This document shows, in pieces, positions 43,465 through 54,033 of a DNA stretch of 64,000 bases. Numbering within the stretch: the stretch's first letter is position 1; each line of letters begins with the position of its first letter. Location: assembly GCA_963727805.1 (NCBI GenBank), contig CAVSHF010000005.1, positions 544,001 through 608,000 on the forward strand, written 5' to 3'. Source of the DNA: an uncultured Nitrospiraceae bacterium (lineage in GTDB: Bacteria > Nitrospirota > Thermodesulfovibrionia > Thermodesulfovibrionales > Dissulfurispiraceae). Below the pieces are notes generated by a model, which had not been told where the DNA came from, did not search any database, and saw nothing but the letters and a program-made list of their open reading frames with translations. Made by a program: the position numbers and the translations under genes.

Positions 43465-44496
43465 ATGAAAGCAATGGTGTTAAACAGGATCTGCAACCTT
43501 ACTGAAGAAAGGGAGCCGCTCAAGCTGACAGAGGTGCCGGTGCCGGTGCCCGCTGAAAACGGTATCCTGGTAAAAGTATCTTCCTGCGGAGTCTGCCATA
43601 CCGAACTTGATGAGATAGAGGGGAGGACCCCGCCGCCACTGTTGCCGGTTATCATTGGACATCAGATCGTGGGAAAGATCGAAGCATTGGGCAAGAGTGC
43701 TTGCAAATTCGGCGTCGGCGATCGGGTCGGTATAGCCTGGATACATTCCGCTTGCGGGACATGCAGCTTCTGTCTTGATGGCAGGGAAAACCTCTGTGCG
43801 GATTTTGCCGCGACAGGCAGGGATGCAAATGGCGGCTACGCTGAATATACGACTGTTTCTGAAGATTTCGCGTACAATATCCCTGATATTTTTACGGATA
43901 CAGAGGCGGCCCCTCTTTTATGCGCCGGGGCAGTGGGCTTCCGCTCGCTCAGACTGACGGGCTTGATAAATGGGCAGAACCTTGGACTTATCGGATTCGG
44001 TGCATCGGCGCATATCGTTTTGCAAATGGTTAGACATAGGTATCCGGACTCGAAGGTCTTCGTCTTTTCCAGGACAATGGGCGAAAGAGCGTTTGCCAGA
44101 GAACTCGGCGCTTTCTGGTCCGGAGGTCTCGACGATCCGCTACCCCATAAACTCCATTGCGCGATCGATACTACACCCGTATGGAAGCCCGTAGTCGATA
44201 CATTAAAAAACCTTGAGCGTGGCGGCAGGCTTGTTGTCAACGCGATAAGAAAAGAAGAAGACGACAAAGATTATCTCCTTAAGCTTGACTACTCCAGGGA
44301 CGTCTGGATGGAAAAAGAGATTAAGAGTGTGACGAATGTTACAAGAAGAGATGTCAATGAATTTCTTCAAATCGCGTCAGGGATCCCGATCAGGCCCGAG
44401 ATACAGGAGTTTAAACTTCATGAAGCGAACAGGGCGTTAATGGAATTAAAACAACGAAAGATTCGTGGGGCGAAAGTCTTAAGAATAGGGGGATAA
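43465..44496 (+). CDS. Zinc-dependent alcohol dehydrogenase family protein
   Basis: CGVCHT, GHQ.VG, C..C..C.......C and APLLCAG. Confidence 0.93.
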   Translation: MKAMVLNRICNLTEEREPLKLTEVPVPVPAENGILVKVSSCGVCHTELDEIEGRTPPPLLPVIIGHQIVGKIEALGKSACKFGVGDRVGIAWIHSACGTCSFCLDGRENLCADFAATGRDANGGYAEYTTVSEDFAYNIPDIFTDTEAAPLLCAGAVGFRSLRLTGLINGQNLGLIGFGASAHIVLQMVRHRYPDSKVFVFSRTMGERAFARELGAFWSGGLDDPLPHKLHCAIDTTPVWKPVVDTLKNLERGGRLVVNAIRKEEDDKDYLLKLDYSRDVWMEKEIKSVTNVTRRDVNEFLQIASGIPIRPEIQEFKLHEANRALMELKQRKIRGAKVLRIGG

Positions 44497-44513
44497 GCAT
44501 CGCACGTCTACGT

Positions 44514-46055
44514 CTATGTCTCAGGCGCAGCAGCTTCCACCCTGTTTCTTCCTCCTTTTTTTGCGACATAGAGTGCCTCGTCAGCTTTCGTTATTAAGGC
44601 AGCTCCGGAGTCCTTATCCAACAATTCGGCAACACCGGCACTTATCGTTACGTTACCGACAGCAGGATAGGAGTATTGCCCGACTGCCACGCGTATCTTC
44701 TCCGCAAGCACTAAAGCTCCTTCAATGCTTGTTTCCGGTGAGAGGACTATAAACTCTTCTCCGCCGTACCGTGCAAAGATATCGACTTGTCGGATGACAC
44801 TACCAACAATATTCGTAATTGTCTTCAGAACGATGTCTCCACTAGTATGCCCGTAATTATCGTTAACTTTTTTAAAATGGTCGATGTCCAACATAATGAT
44901 CGAGAGTGGGCGTGAATACCTTTTCGCCTTTTCGACTTCGGTCCCAAGCAGTTCTAGAAGCTTTCTCCTGTTATAGATCATCGTCAGAGGATCTCTTTCT
45001 GAAAGCTCGCGCAGCTTTTCCTCAACGCGTTTGCGCTCCGCAATCTCGCCCAGCAGCAACTCGTTGGTTTCAGCAAGATCAATGGTCCGTTCCCGGATCC
45101 TCATCTCGAGCTCAGCATACGCTTTTTGAAGCTTTTCTCCCGCCTGTTTTCGCTCGGTAATATCCTCTATCACCCCGTCCATCCATTTGATGTCGCCGTT
45201 TTCGTCATATTGCGCAGTCGCCGTAACTGAACACCAGATGGGCGTCCCATCTTTTTTTCGCACAGCCAGTTCCCTGTCTTTTACAAAGCCGGTCTGTTTT
45301 AGCTCAATAATGAAATTTATCCTGTCCTCAGGATTCTGGTATGTGCTTGATACTGTATTTTCCATAAATTCCTCTACCGAATCATACCCAAACATCTTCG
45401 CCATGGCCGGGTTTGCCTGAATAAAACGTCCTTCTCCAGAAGTATTCCTATAAATGCCAATATTGATATTGTTAATAACCGAACGATATTTATCCTCGCT
45501 CTCGCTCAGGGACTTTTGAGTTTCGATTATCTTGAGAGAACGTTCCGCCAGATCGGAGATGAAACGCACGAGTGCCCTATCATAGGCGAGGATATAGTTA
45601 ACCTTTTCTTCACTAAAGACCGGCATCTGGTCGAGTGCCTCAAGATAGCTGTCGAGATTATATCCGAATTCATGCGCCTGTCGGATGAAAAATTCCCGAT
45701 CGGGACCTTCTCCTTCAAAATTAAACTGCGTCAGAAACATAGTTGCAAGGTGCCGTCCCGCTACCACAATAGGCATGGCGATATGCCAAAGTCCATTCTT
45801 GCATTTATATTGACAGGTTTCCCCCTCAATGAGCTGATCCCTGACATATGCGTCGCTTTCAAGACAACGTGCATGCGAAAGGGGGTTTGCGCGGTGAAAC
45901 TTTGTGCAGATATCCTGCCATCCTGCCGAAACAAGGATTGATGTGTCAAAAGCATCGATAATGCTCATCGGCAAGCCACTAGCGCGGAAGTTCGATTCGG
46001 CGAGTGTTTGAATGATAGTCATGTCAAGTAATTCAGGAAGCCGGTAATCAGTCAT
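44514..46055 (-). CDS. Diguanylate cyclase, PocR-PAS-GGDEF
   Basis: PocR (C.KFHR....C..SD..Y.C..GL), PAS, D.D.FK.VND.YGH..GD, RxxD I-site and GGEEF. Confidence 0.92.
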   Translation of the reverse strand: MTDYRLPELLDMTIIQTLAESNFRASGLPMSIIDAFDTSILVSAGWQDICTKFHRANPLSHARCLESDAYVRDQLIEGETCQYKCKNGLWHIAMPIVVAGRHLATMFLTQFNFEGEGPDREFFIRQAHEFGYNLDSYLEALDQMPVFSEEKVNYILAYDRALVRFISDLAERSLKIIETQKSLSESEDKYRSVINNINIGIYRNTSGEGRFIQANPAMAKMFGYDSVEEFMENTVSSTYQNPEDRINFIIELKQTGFVKDRELAVRKKDGTPIWCSVTATAQYDENGDIKWMDGVIEDITERKQAGEKLQKAYAELEMRIRERTIDLAETNELLLGEIAERKRVEEKLRELSERDPLTMIYNRRKLLELLGTEVEKAKRYSRPLSIIMLDIDHFKKVNDNYGHTSGDIVLKTITNIVGSVIRQVDIFARYGGEEFIVLSPETSIEGALVLAEKIRVAVGQYSYPAVGNVTISAGVAELLDKDSGAALITKADEALYVAKKGGRNRVEAAAPET

Positions 46056-46324
46056 CTACTCCCTCTCAACTGTTCGCCCGTGTTTCAGAGATATAACGTT
46101 TTATTATTGCTTAAATTCATCTCAATAATAAAGCCAGCGATGAGGTATTTGTCAACTTAACGACAAATGTTGTCAAAGGACATTGTGGCAGGTGGTTATT
46201 AAAGATGTCACCTCTGACTCTGGATAGCATGCGAGGATCGCAGGAATCTATCGTCAAATATGTCCGGATTTAAAGAAATCACCCAAGAATGCTATGCTAT
46301 CATTTATGTATAGCGGAGACTCAC

Positions 46325-48988
46325 ATGATTGAAAGAACATACAAATACCGCAGGGAAGACTTTGGCGAACTTCCTATCAAGCTCGACCATATGACCATGT
46401 ACATCAATTTTCTTGAAGATAGGGTGACGGCGACAAACTGCCTTGAAATAACTGCACGGATTGATGTTGATGAAGTCGCTCTTGACGCACGTGAACTGCA
46501 GATCCATCTGGTTGAATGGTGCTGGCGCCCTGATAAACTTAAGGAGGAATCAAGGCAGCTGGCCTACCACTTTATCCCGGAGAAGAATCAACTCATCGTA
46601 AAACTCCCAAAGACCGTGAAAACCGGCGAATGCTTCATATTACGCACCACAACATCCTGCCTCCCCTCTGATCATCTTTTTGAGGGAATTTACAAAGACA
46701 CTACTCCGCCCGGAGCTCCGCAACAGTACATGTCACAGTGCCAGCAGTGGGGTTTTCAGCGCATTATGCCAGTATTTGACGATTGCAGGGCTAAGTGCAC
46801 AATGACAACTACCATAGAAGCGGATAGCCGGTATACACACCTAATCAGCAACGGCGATGTCAGCCGCAAAACCAATCCCAACGGCAAGTCTCTGTTGAAG
46901 CCAGGAGATCCGTCGCGGCAGATTATCACTTACGAAAACCTGCTGCCCATGGCGCCTTATCTGTTCCTCATCTGCGTCGGAACATGGGACACCCTCGTTG
47001 ATGAGGTGATATATCCGTCAGGTCGCACGGTGCGGATGGAATATTTAGTGCCGCCTGGCATGACTGAATATGTCCGCATGCCGATGGAAATCCTCAAGGA
47101 GTCTGCCCTGTGGATTGAAAAGACACAAGGATACGAATACACAGGAGAGATCTACCGGACCATATGCATGAACAAATCCAACTTTGGCGGGATGGAAAAT
47201 GTAGGCAACACCACGATAGTCACCGATGCAGCGATAATCACTGACCATACGCTCGATTCAGGGCTTCTGTACGCCCATGCTGTCATCGTGCACGAGTTCG
47301 AGCACAACCAGTGCGGAAGCGAGACGACCATGGAAACGCCCTTTGACGTATGGCTCAATGAAGCCTATACAGTCGATGTAGAACGGCAATTTATGGCGGA
47401 TCTGTTCAATCCTGCTTTTATCAGGCTCAACCAAGTCGAAAGCATAAGGAATCCTCTGCTCGGCCCGCTTGCGATCGAGGATGCCGGCTACGGCGGACGT
47501 ATCGTCCGCGAAGGCTTCAATGACCCGGAGGAACTGATCGATGGCGTCACCTATGTAAAAGCCGCTGAGGTTATAAGGATGCTCCGCCTGATTCTCGGCA
47601 ATGACAGGTTTCTTGCAGGTAAAAGGCTCTACTTCAGCCGTTATTATAACAGCAATGCCGATACCGAACAGTTTCTCGCCTGCTTCGAAGAGGTTTCAGG
47701 TATTTCCCTTAAACAGTTCAGTCAGGGATGGCTATATCAAGCAGGGTATCCAAAGGTTACTGCGGAGACCTGGTATGAAGCCTCTTCAAAGCATTATACA
47801 ATTCGCTTAGCGCAGGAACTTGCGACGGACCACATACCGTTTCACATGCCGATAGAACTCGCACTCGTAGACACAATGGGGAAAGACATACCGGGGACCG
47901 CAACAACGTATCAGTTAAAAGATGTTTCGGCAGAATTGACCTTCGAAGGCATTGAAGAGCCACCGGCATTTGCCTCGCTAAATCGTGACTATTCCTTTTA
48001 TGGAACCTTCGTTGATAAGAGCTCAACTAAAGAGAGCCTTGCGATCCAGGCGCAATTCGATTCAAATCCTTACAACAAAGTCGATGCCTTTCGCAGACTC
48101 ACGGATGCTGAACGGACCAAATTTCTCGAGGACCCAAATGCAGCTATCGACACCCATTGGCTTGAACTCTATGGCAAAATGCTGCGAGATACGACAATCC
48201 ATCCTTCACTTAAGGCATATAGCCTGAAAATTGAGGAGCAGCCGCTCGATAGGGCTTATCTCACTTGGTATCAGGAGCAGGTGATCGCCAGAGAAAAATT
48301 AATGACGGCAGTCAATAGCACATACCAAGACACGCTCGTCGCTCAGTTTCACGCGATCGATACCCATTCAAAAGCAAAAAGGCGATCGCCAAACGATGGT
48401 ATCGAGGAGCGAATGCTCAAAAATGTACTACTAGACCTGATTGCGATCGATGATAGCGCTATGAGCCATTCCATCATTCTTGAGCATTACCGGCTTGCAA
48501 CCACGGCGACTGACAGAGTAGTTGCCCTCTCCGCTCTCAACAGGAGTTCAGAACAATCACGCCTCGGTATCCTTGAAGAAATCTATAGACAATGGCACCC
48601 CCACCTGAGCGGTTATGCCAATTATCTACGCATAGTTTCAGGCGGTACTTGCAATGATGTCTTTGAAATGATCGAGGTTGAGAGACGGCGGCCGACCTTC
48701 GATATTACCCAGCCGACCTGGGCGAGAGCGCTCTTCCTGACCATGGCGATGAACAATAAGATGGTCTGGACGGAAACAGGGATTGGATGGCTCACTAATA
48801 CGATCATTGAGTTGGCGCCAATCAACATGACGACCGCAAGCCGGCTGCTCAATACCTTCCAGCACGCCCGCAATCTGAAGTCTGCTCTCAGGGAAAGGGT
48901 TCTGGGATCCCTAGAGCTAATTATCGACAAGCTTACCGAAAGTAAACATCCGGCAATCCATCAGCAGGCAACGGCATATCTCGGATAA
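46325..48988 (+). CDS. pepN: Aminopeptidase N (M1 family)
   Basis: SQCQ..GF.RI, GGMEN, HEFEH-x18-E and TY.KAAEVIRML. Confidence 0.88.
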   Translation: MIERTYKYRREDFGELPIKLDHMTMYINFLEDRVTATNCLEITARIDVDEVALDARELQIHLVEWCWRPDKLKEESRQLAYHFIPEKNQLIVKLPKTVKTGECFILRTTTSCLPSDHLFEGIYKDTTPPGAPQQYMSQCQQWGFQRIMPVFDDCRAKCTMTTTIEADSRYTHLISNGDVSRKTNPNGKSLLKPGDPSRQIITYENLLPMAPYLFLICVGTWDTLVDEVIYPSGRTVRMEYLVPPGMTEYVRMPMEILKESALWIEKTQGYEYTGEIYRTICMNKSNFGGMENVGNTTIVTDAAIITDHTLDSGLLYAHAVIVHEFEHNQCGSETTMETPFDVWLNEAYTVDVERQFMADLFNPAFIRLNQVESIRNPLLGPLAIEDAGYGGRIVREGFNDPEELIDGVTYVKAAEVIRMLRLILGNDRFLAGKRLYFSRYYNSNADTEQFLACFEEVSGISLKQFSQGWLYQAGYPKVTAETWYEASSKHYTIRLAQELATDHIPFHMPIELALVDTMGKDIPGTATTYQLKDVSAELTFEGIEEPPAFASLNRDYSFYGTFVDKSSTKESLAIQAQFDSNPYNKVDAFRRLTDAERTKFLEDPNAAIDTHWLELYGKMLRDTTIHPSLKAYSLKIEEQPLDRAYLTWYQEQVIAREKLMTAVNSTYQDTLVAQFHAIDTHSKAKRRSPNDGIEERMLKNVLLDLIAIDDSAMSHSIILEHYRLATTATDRVVALSALNRSSEQSRLGILEEIYRQWHPHLSGYANYLRIVSGGTCNDVFEMIEVERRRPTFDITQPTWARALFLTMAMNNKMVWTETGIGWLTNTIIELAPINMTTASRLLNTFQHARNLKSALRERVLGSLELIIDKLTESKHPAIHQQATAYLG

Positions 48989-49067
48989 CTCTCTCACAAG
49001 AGGCGTACACTTCTTGGATGGTAAACAAAGGGGAGCGAAGTCAGAAGCATTATAGCAAACAGCGCTA

Positions 49068-51071
49068 TCAGAGGAGAACCTTGTCTGCCATCTCCTGAAC
49101 GCTTTCTGCAAAAAAGAAACTCACGTCTTTTTTTATCTTCGCAGGAAGGTTGTCAATATCCACCCTATTCTTAACAGGCAGAATTACTTCCTTGATCCCT
49201 GCTCTCCGTGCAGCAAGAATCTTTTCCCTTATGCCCCCGACAGGCAATATTCTGCCGCTGAGCGTAAGCTCGCCTGACACCGCTACATCTCGTCTGGCAG
49301 GCCTTCCCATAAGAAGGGAGATAAGCGCCATAGCGATCGTGACCCCGGCCGACGGGCCATCCTTTGGTATGGCTCCTGCGGGCACATGGATATGGATATC
49401 ATGATTTTCGAAGAAATCTTCAGGCAACTTGAATGTCCCCGCATTACTTCTTACATAACTCAGAGCGGCTTGAGCAGACTCGCGCATTACTGTACCAAGA
49501 GAGCCGGTGAGGATAAGCTCTTTGCTGCCCCACATCTTCGCTGCCTCCACAAATATAATATCACCACCTGTTTCAGTCCAAACCAAGCCAGTGGTGACTC
49601 CTATGCGGTTCTTGGCAGTCGCTGCCTCGAAATCATATTTTCTCGGGCCGAGGAATGATTCGACCACTTCCGGCGTGATCCGAAGAACTTCTGCAGGACA
49701 CTTTTTCAGGACTGTTTCTTTGGCTATCTTGCGGCACACGGTTGCGATCTGCCGTTCAAGACCCCTCAGTCCCGCTTCCTTTGTGTATCCCTGTATGATT
49801 TTCGCAACTGCTTCTGTATTAAATTTAGGTGGGCATTGAGACAGGCCTTGCTCGCGGACCTGTCTTGGAATGAGATACCGTTGGGCGATCATTTCCTTGT
49901 CCTCCTCGGTATATCCGGAGAACTCGATGACCTCGAGCCTGTCAAGAAGGGGTTCATAGATATTATCAGCTACATTAGCCGTCACAATAAACATCACACT
50001 TGAAAGATCAAAGGGGACATCGAGGTAGTGATCTATAAATGCGCAGTGTTGTTCGGGGTCAAGCACCTCCAGAAGAGCTGAAGCAGTGTCAACCCTGGAC
50101 TCGTTATGCATCTTGTCTATCTCATCGAGCATAAGGACAGGATTCGCAGACTGAGCACGTCGTATTTCTTCGATGATTCTTCCCGGCATGGCGCCAGCAT
50201 AAGTCCTGCGGTGACCCCTGATTTCCGCTTCATCGCGCACACCACCAAGAGATATCCTGGAGAACTGTCTTCCAAGGGCATCGGCGATACCGTGGCCCAA
50301 TGATGTCTTGCCCGTGCCCGGAGGGCCAGAAAAGCACAGGACAGACCCTTTCACAGACGTTTTTGAAGCGCTCGCTACAGCCTTCTTTACTGAAGCCCTG
50401 ACTTCGTCGAGATTAAAAGGTTTAGTGATGTAGTCGAATGCACCCTTCTTAGTGGCTTCCAGGGCTGACTCAATGGAAGCATAAGCTGTTATAATAATCA
50501 CTCTCGTATCCGGATAGCTGATCCTGATCTTTTCGAGCAATTCCATACCACCCATTTTGGCCATTCTCAGGTCCGTTAGAACGATATCAAAGCTGGACAC
50601 ATCAGCTTTCCTTATGGCCTCAGTGCCACTTGCAGCGGTTTCGACGGCATAATTCTCCCGCTTCAGGATGTGCTCAAGATTTTTGACCGCGACCTCTTCG
50701 TCGTCTACAATCAGGATGTTGGGCTGCTTGCCCTGGGACTTCAGCAGTGTTTTTACAGCGAGATGTTCGAGAATCCGTTCTTTGACATTACCGAGCCCGA
50801 AATGCCTTTCACTGAGAATCATTTCCGCCCGGCGCAGGTCGAGGTTGTCTTCGGTCTTTTTGTTCCAAGGTAGACTGACAAGGTATTCAATATAGGTAAG
50901 GCCTATTGAATATTCCGCCATCAGGGGGCTAATCCTGGAGATAGTCAGAAGTTCATTCTGAGCTATCTCCAGGACTTCGGTAGGCATACTCGCGGAGAAG
51001 ATCTTCTGTTTCAGGTCTTCTATTGCATCTATCTGGAGTTTATCGTCACCTTTCTTAAAAAAGCTCATCAA
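49068..51071 (-). CDS. lon: Lon-family ATP-dependent protease lacking the N-domain, with an inserted receiver domain
   Basis: LPW..., HFGL..VKERILE.LAV, [REC aa ~118-233], GPPGTGKT, RGHRRTY.GA.PG, LDEIDK, PKDGPSAG (Ser) and GG..EK (Lys). Confidence 0.93.
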   Translation of the reverse strand: MMSFFKKGDDKLQIDAIEDLKQKIFSASMPTEVLEIAQNELLTISRISPLMAEYSIGLTYIEYLVSLPWNKKTEDNLDLRRAEMILSERHFGLGNVKERILEHLAVKTLLKSQGKQPNILIVDDEEVAVKNLEHILKRENYAVETAASGTEAIRKADVSSFDIVLTDLRMAKMGGMELLEKIRISYPDTRVIIITAYASIESALEATKKGAFDYITKPFNLDEVRASVKKAVASASKTSVKGSVLCFSGPPGTGKTSLGHGIADALGRQFSRISLGGVRDEAEIRGHRRTYAGAMPGRIIEEIRRAQSANPVLMLDEIDKMHNESRVDTASALLEVLDPEQHCAFIDHYLDVPFDLSSVMFIVTANVADNIYEPLLDRLEVIEFSGYTEEDKEMIAQRYLIPRQVREQGLSQCPPKFNTEAVAKIIQGYTKEAGLRGLERQIATVCRKIAKETVLKKCPAEVLRITPEVVESFLGPRKYDFEAATAKNRIGVTTGLVWTETGGDIIFVEAAKMWGSKELILTGSLGTVMRESAQAALSYVRSNAGTFKLPEDFFENHDIHIHVPAGAIPKDGPSAGVTIAMALISLLMGRPARRDVAVSGELTLSGRILPVGGIREKILAARRAGIKEVILPVKNRVDIDNLPAKIKKDVSFFFAESVQEMADKVLL

Positions 51072-51131
51072 TTACATTATTACATAAATGATGTCTTCAT
51101 GCCAGTGTCTTGCATCCTAATTATTTCTTAA

Positions 51132-51311
51132 TTATTTCCTCAAGCCTGGGGCCTTAAGTTCTTTCCTCGGCCTTAACGAGGGAACGACACGCTCAAACTG
51201 CCGCGGCCTGTCTTCCTCGCGCATATATTCTCTTGCAGTCTCAAATTCACCTGCTTCGGCAAAAGTGATGGCGACGAATAAATTCTCGATCTTTTTGGTC
51301 AGCCCTTTCAT
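51132..51311 (-). CDS. Small FAEAGEF-motif protein (59 aa)
   Basis: AAAAGGAGG RBS; MKGLTKKIENLFVAITFAEAGEFETAREYMREEDRPRQ... Confidence 0.8.
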   Translation of the reverse strand: MKGLTKKIENLFVAITFAEAGEFETAREYMREEDRPRQFERVVPSLRPRKELKAPGLRK

Positions 51312-51392
51312 AATGATCCTCCTTTTTACTCCTCTTAGTAAGGCCGGAGAGTTCTCTCCAGCTCCCAATTCCGTACTCGTTATTATATTTAA

Positions 51393-51408
51393 TGCATTTC
51401 TCATGCCA
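51393..51408 (-). promoter_or_regulatory. Sigma54 (-24/-12) promoter
   Basis: TGGCAT-GAGAA-ATGCA upstream of the small protein-lon pair. Confidence 0.7.
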
Positions 51409-51582
51409 GATCGTATCTCATTGAAAAACTAAGGCCACAGCTGACTCGCTAGATTGTAAGTACTTTCCTGATGATTCAAAATGAAACGCCGAAGGAACAC
51501 TGTAGTATTTTCAGCCCCCAACGCCGCCTAGTAACAACAGACCTATTAACCGGAGATAAACTGTTGCGTTTAAAATAGCTCT

Positions 51583-51597
51583 ATTGCATTTTGCAAT
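51583..51597. promoter_or_regulatory. Palindromic enhancer-like site
   Basis: ATTGCA-TTT-TGCAAT, the same 13-bp core as at 30619-30631; degenerate copy at 51473-51487. Confidence 0.65.
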
Positions 51598-51877
51598 GCA
51601 TATGGTAAAACAGGCAATTATCTTGAGAATTCACAAAGATTCGCCTTGAAAATCCCTACATCTCATGGTATGCTCAGAAAAGCGAATGCATTGCATTGCA
51701 TTGCAATGATTCGGGCGTTCCATCGTCAATCATGGCATCGAAAAAGTCCGGCGTGATACTGATCTTAAAGGGACAGAGCGAACAATCAGGACACTGCACC
51801 ATCTAATGTCGTATTCTCACAAGTTGTATCATGGGCAGTCCTGTCGCTTCATCATGACTGAGGAAAGGGGTCTATTT

Positions 51878-54031
51878 ATGCGTCCGCGCATCGATGAAGA
51901 GTTGGATACCGTTAAACGGCTTGACAAAGTAGTGGATCTGATCGAAATCGCTGGAGGGTTGCCGGCTTCTACAGTTTTGGTAGTCGGCGGGCACCGCGTC
52001 GAGGACCTTCGACTTGTCGAGTCTGCGAGGGACCACGGGATAGTCGACAGAATAATCCTCGTGGGCGTGAAAAATCGAATCACAAAATCCATAGACGAAG
52101 TTGGGATTGAAATTGATCAAAAAGATATCGTACCGGCTGACAATGACGAGCAGATCGCCAGAGCGACTGTCGAGTTCATCAAGACCGGCGGAGTCGACAT
52201 AGTGCTGAAAGGGGCCATCTCTACCCCCATTATCAACCGCAATATGCTCCCGTTGGCCATCCGTTCCACTGTGAGCCTGGCTACTGTCTTTGACGCCGCA
52301 TCCATAGCTGGTGGTCGACCCATCCTTCTCACCGACGCAGGTGTCACAACTGTATGCAACTTTGGTAGAATACAGGACCTGGTCCGCAATGCTGTTGATG
52401 TGGCGCGGACAGTAATGGGTATCGATCGACCACGGGTGGCAATGCTTTCTGCCAACGAAAAACAGATACCCTCTCTCCCATCAACCTGGATTGGGTTAGA
52501 GACTGCAAAAAGATCCTGGCCGGATGCCATTGTCTGCGGGCCGCTCTCATTTGATCTGGCAACCGATCCCGAATCGGTCTCTATCAAGGGTCTGCCGGAC
52601 GTGCCCAATGCTGCTGAGGTGGCTGGACGTGCCGATATTCTCGTCTGCCCCGGTATCGACACCGCAAATACGCTGTATAAGACAATATCAGCCATGAATA
52701 AATACGGTGAGGCTTCTCTGGCCAGCATCACAGTTGGCTTCCCCATGCCGTATATCATCCTTTCACGCTCGGACAGCCTGGAGACACGGCTGGTTTCGGT
52801 TGCCTTGTCTGCAGTCTACGTCCAGCGCAGCTTGCAGAAACATATCATCTCACAGCCTGACACAGTAGCGACCCCTGTTTCGAAAGCCTATCGTGTGCTG
52901 GCGGTCAACCCAGGATCAACGTCGATGAAAGTTGCGCTCTACGAGGGCGATCGTTGTCTGCAGCAGGAGGAAGTTGCCTGTGAGATTGTCCTTGGCGGTA
53001 CTGCTGCCCAGCGCAATATCCAAGCAGAGCAATTGACTCAGCAGGCAATCGACTTGCTTGATAACTGGAAAGAAACAAAAATAGATGCAGTCGCCGCCCG
53101 CGGAGGGTTTCTGTCGCGTCCGGCAGAAAAACTGGCTGGGGGCTCATATCTTGTCGCGGAAAAGTGCGATGGGAAAATCATCGTAGACGACGCCATTGTT
53201 TCAGCGGTGCGGGACTACCCTGAGAGGGAACATGCCAGTAATTATGGGGCCCCTGTTGCTGCCGCGCTGGCTGAGAAGCTAGGCGTTCCGGCACTAGTCG
53301 TAGACCCGGTGGTGGTAGATGAATTCAGCCTGGAAGCTGAACTGTCGGGATACGAACCGATAGTTCGCCGCAGCACCTCGCATGCCCTAAGTATTCGCGC
53401 AGCAGCTCGAAGGACGGCTCAGGATATCGGCCGTTCAATTGAGGATATCAATCTTGTAGTCGCGCACTTGGGCGGCGGAATTACAGTAGCGGCTGTTCGC
53501 GGAGGCAAGATCGTCGATAACAACATAGCCCTGCTTGGCGGCGGGCCATTCACGCCTCAAAGGGCCGGGGAATTACCCACCGGAGAACTAATCGATTTAT
53601 GCTATTCGGGGCGGTTCACACGGGATGAACTGATCGCGGAACTCACCAAAAAAGGGGGGCTCCAGTCTTATCTTGGTACCCACCGAATGGAAGAGATCGA
53701 GCAGCAGATCGCTACCGGCGACAAGCGTGCGAGTCTCGCTGTCGATGCGATGTGCTACCAGATAGCCAAAGAGATCGGCAAAGCATTCGTTGCAGTAGGA
53801 TGCGACGTGGAGGCGATCGTACTGACCGGCGGGCTGACTCACAGTAAGTTGGTGCGCGACAACCTTCGTCGACGGGTAATCCGGTTGGCGCCGGTCATCG
53901 TTTACGCGGGTTCACTAGAGATGGCAGCACTTGCCGCTGGTGCGATGGACATGCTATCAGGCCGTCGCACTCCAACTCGCTACAAGGCTTCCGTAACCAT
54001 TGACATATCCCGAAATATCGGAGGGACTTAA
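51878..54031 (+). CDS. Phosphate butyryltransferase-butyrate kinase fusion (start could be 51854)
   Basis: N-half: D.VLKG...T, L.TDAG, GPLS.DLA, VAG.ADILV.P, P.I..SR.DS. C-half: VNPGSTS.K, RGG, HASN.G, VAHLGGGI.V, GPF.P.RAG, IVLTGG. Confidence 0.9.
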   Translation: MRPRIDEELDTVKRLDKVVDLIEIAGGLPASTVLVVGGHRVEDLRLVESARDHGIVDRIILVGVKNRITKSIDEVGIEIDQKDIVPADNDEQIARATVEFIKTGGVDIVLKGAISTPIINRNMLPLAIRSTVSLATVFDAASIAGGRPILLTDAGVTTVCNFGRIQDLVRNAVDVARTVMGIDRPRVAMLSANEKQIPSLPSTWIGLETAKRSWPDAIVCGPLSFDLATDPESVSIKGLPDVPNAAEVAGRADILVCPGIDTANTLYKTISAMNKYGEASLASITVGFPMPYIILSRSDSLETRLVSVALSAVYVQRSLQKHIISQPDTVATPVSKAYRVLAVNPGSTSMKVALYEGDRCLQQEEVACEIVLGGTAAQRNIQAEQLTQQAIDLLDNWKETKIDAVAARGGFLSRPAEKLAGGSYLVAEKCDGKIIVDDAIVSAVRDYPEREHASNYGAPVAAALAEKLGVPALVVDPVVVDEFSLEAELSGYEPIVRRSTSHALSIRAAARRTAQDIGRSIEDINLVVAHLGGGITVAAVRGGKIVDNNIALLGGGPFTPQRAGELPTGELIDLCYSGRFTRDELIAELTKKGGLQSYLGTHRMEEIEQQIATGDKRASLAVDAMCYQIAKEIGKAFVAVGCDVEAIVLTGGLTHSKLVRDNLRRRVIRLAPVIVYAGSLEMAALAAGAMDMLSGRRTPTRYKASVTIDISRNIGGT

Positions 54032-54033
54032 AA

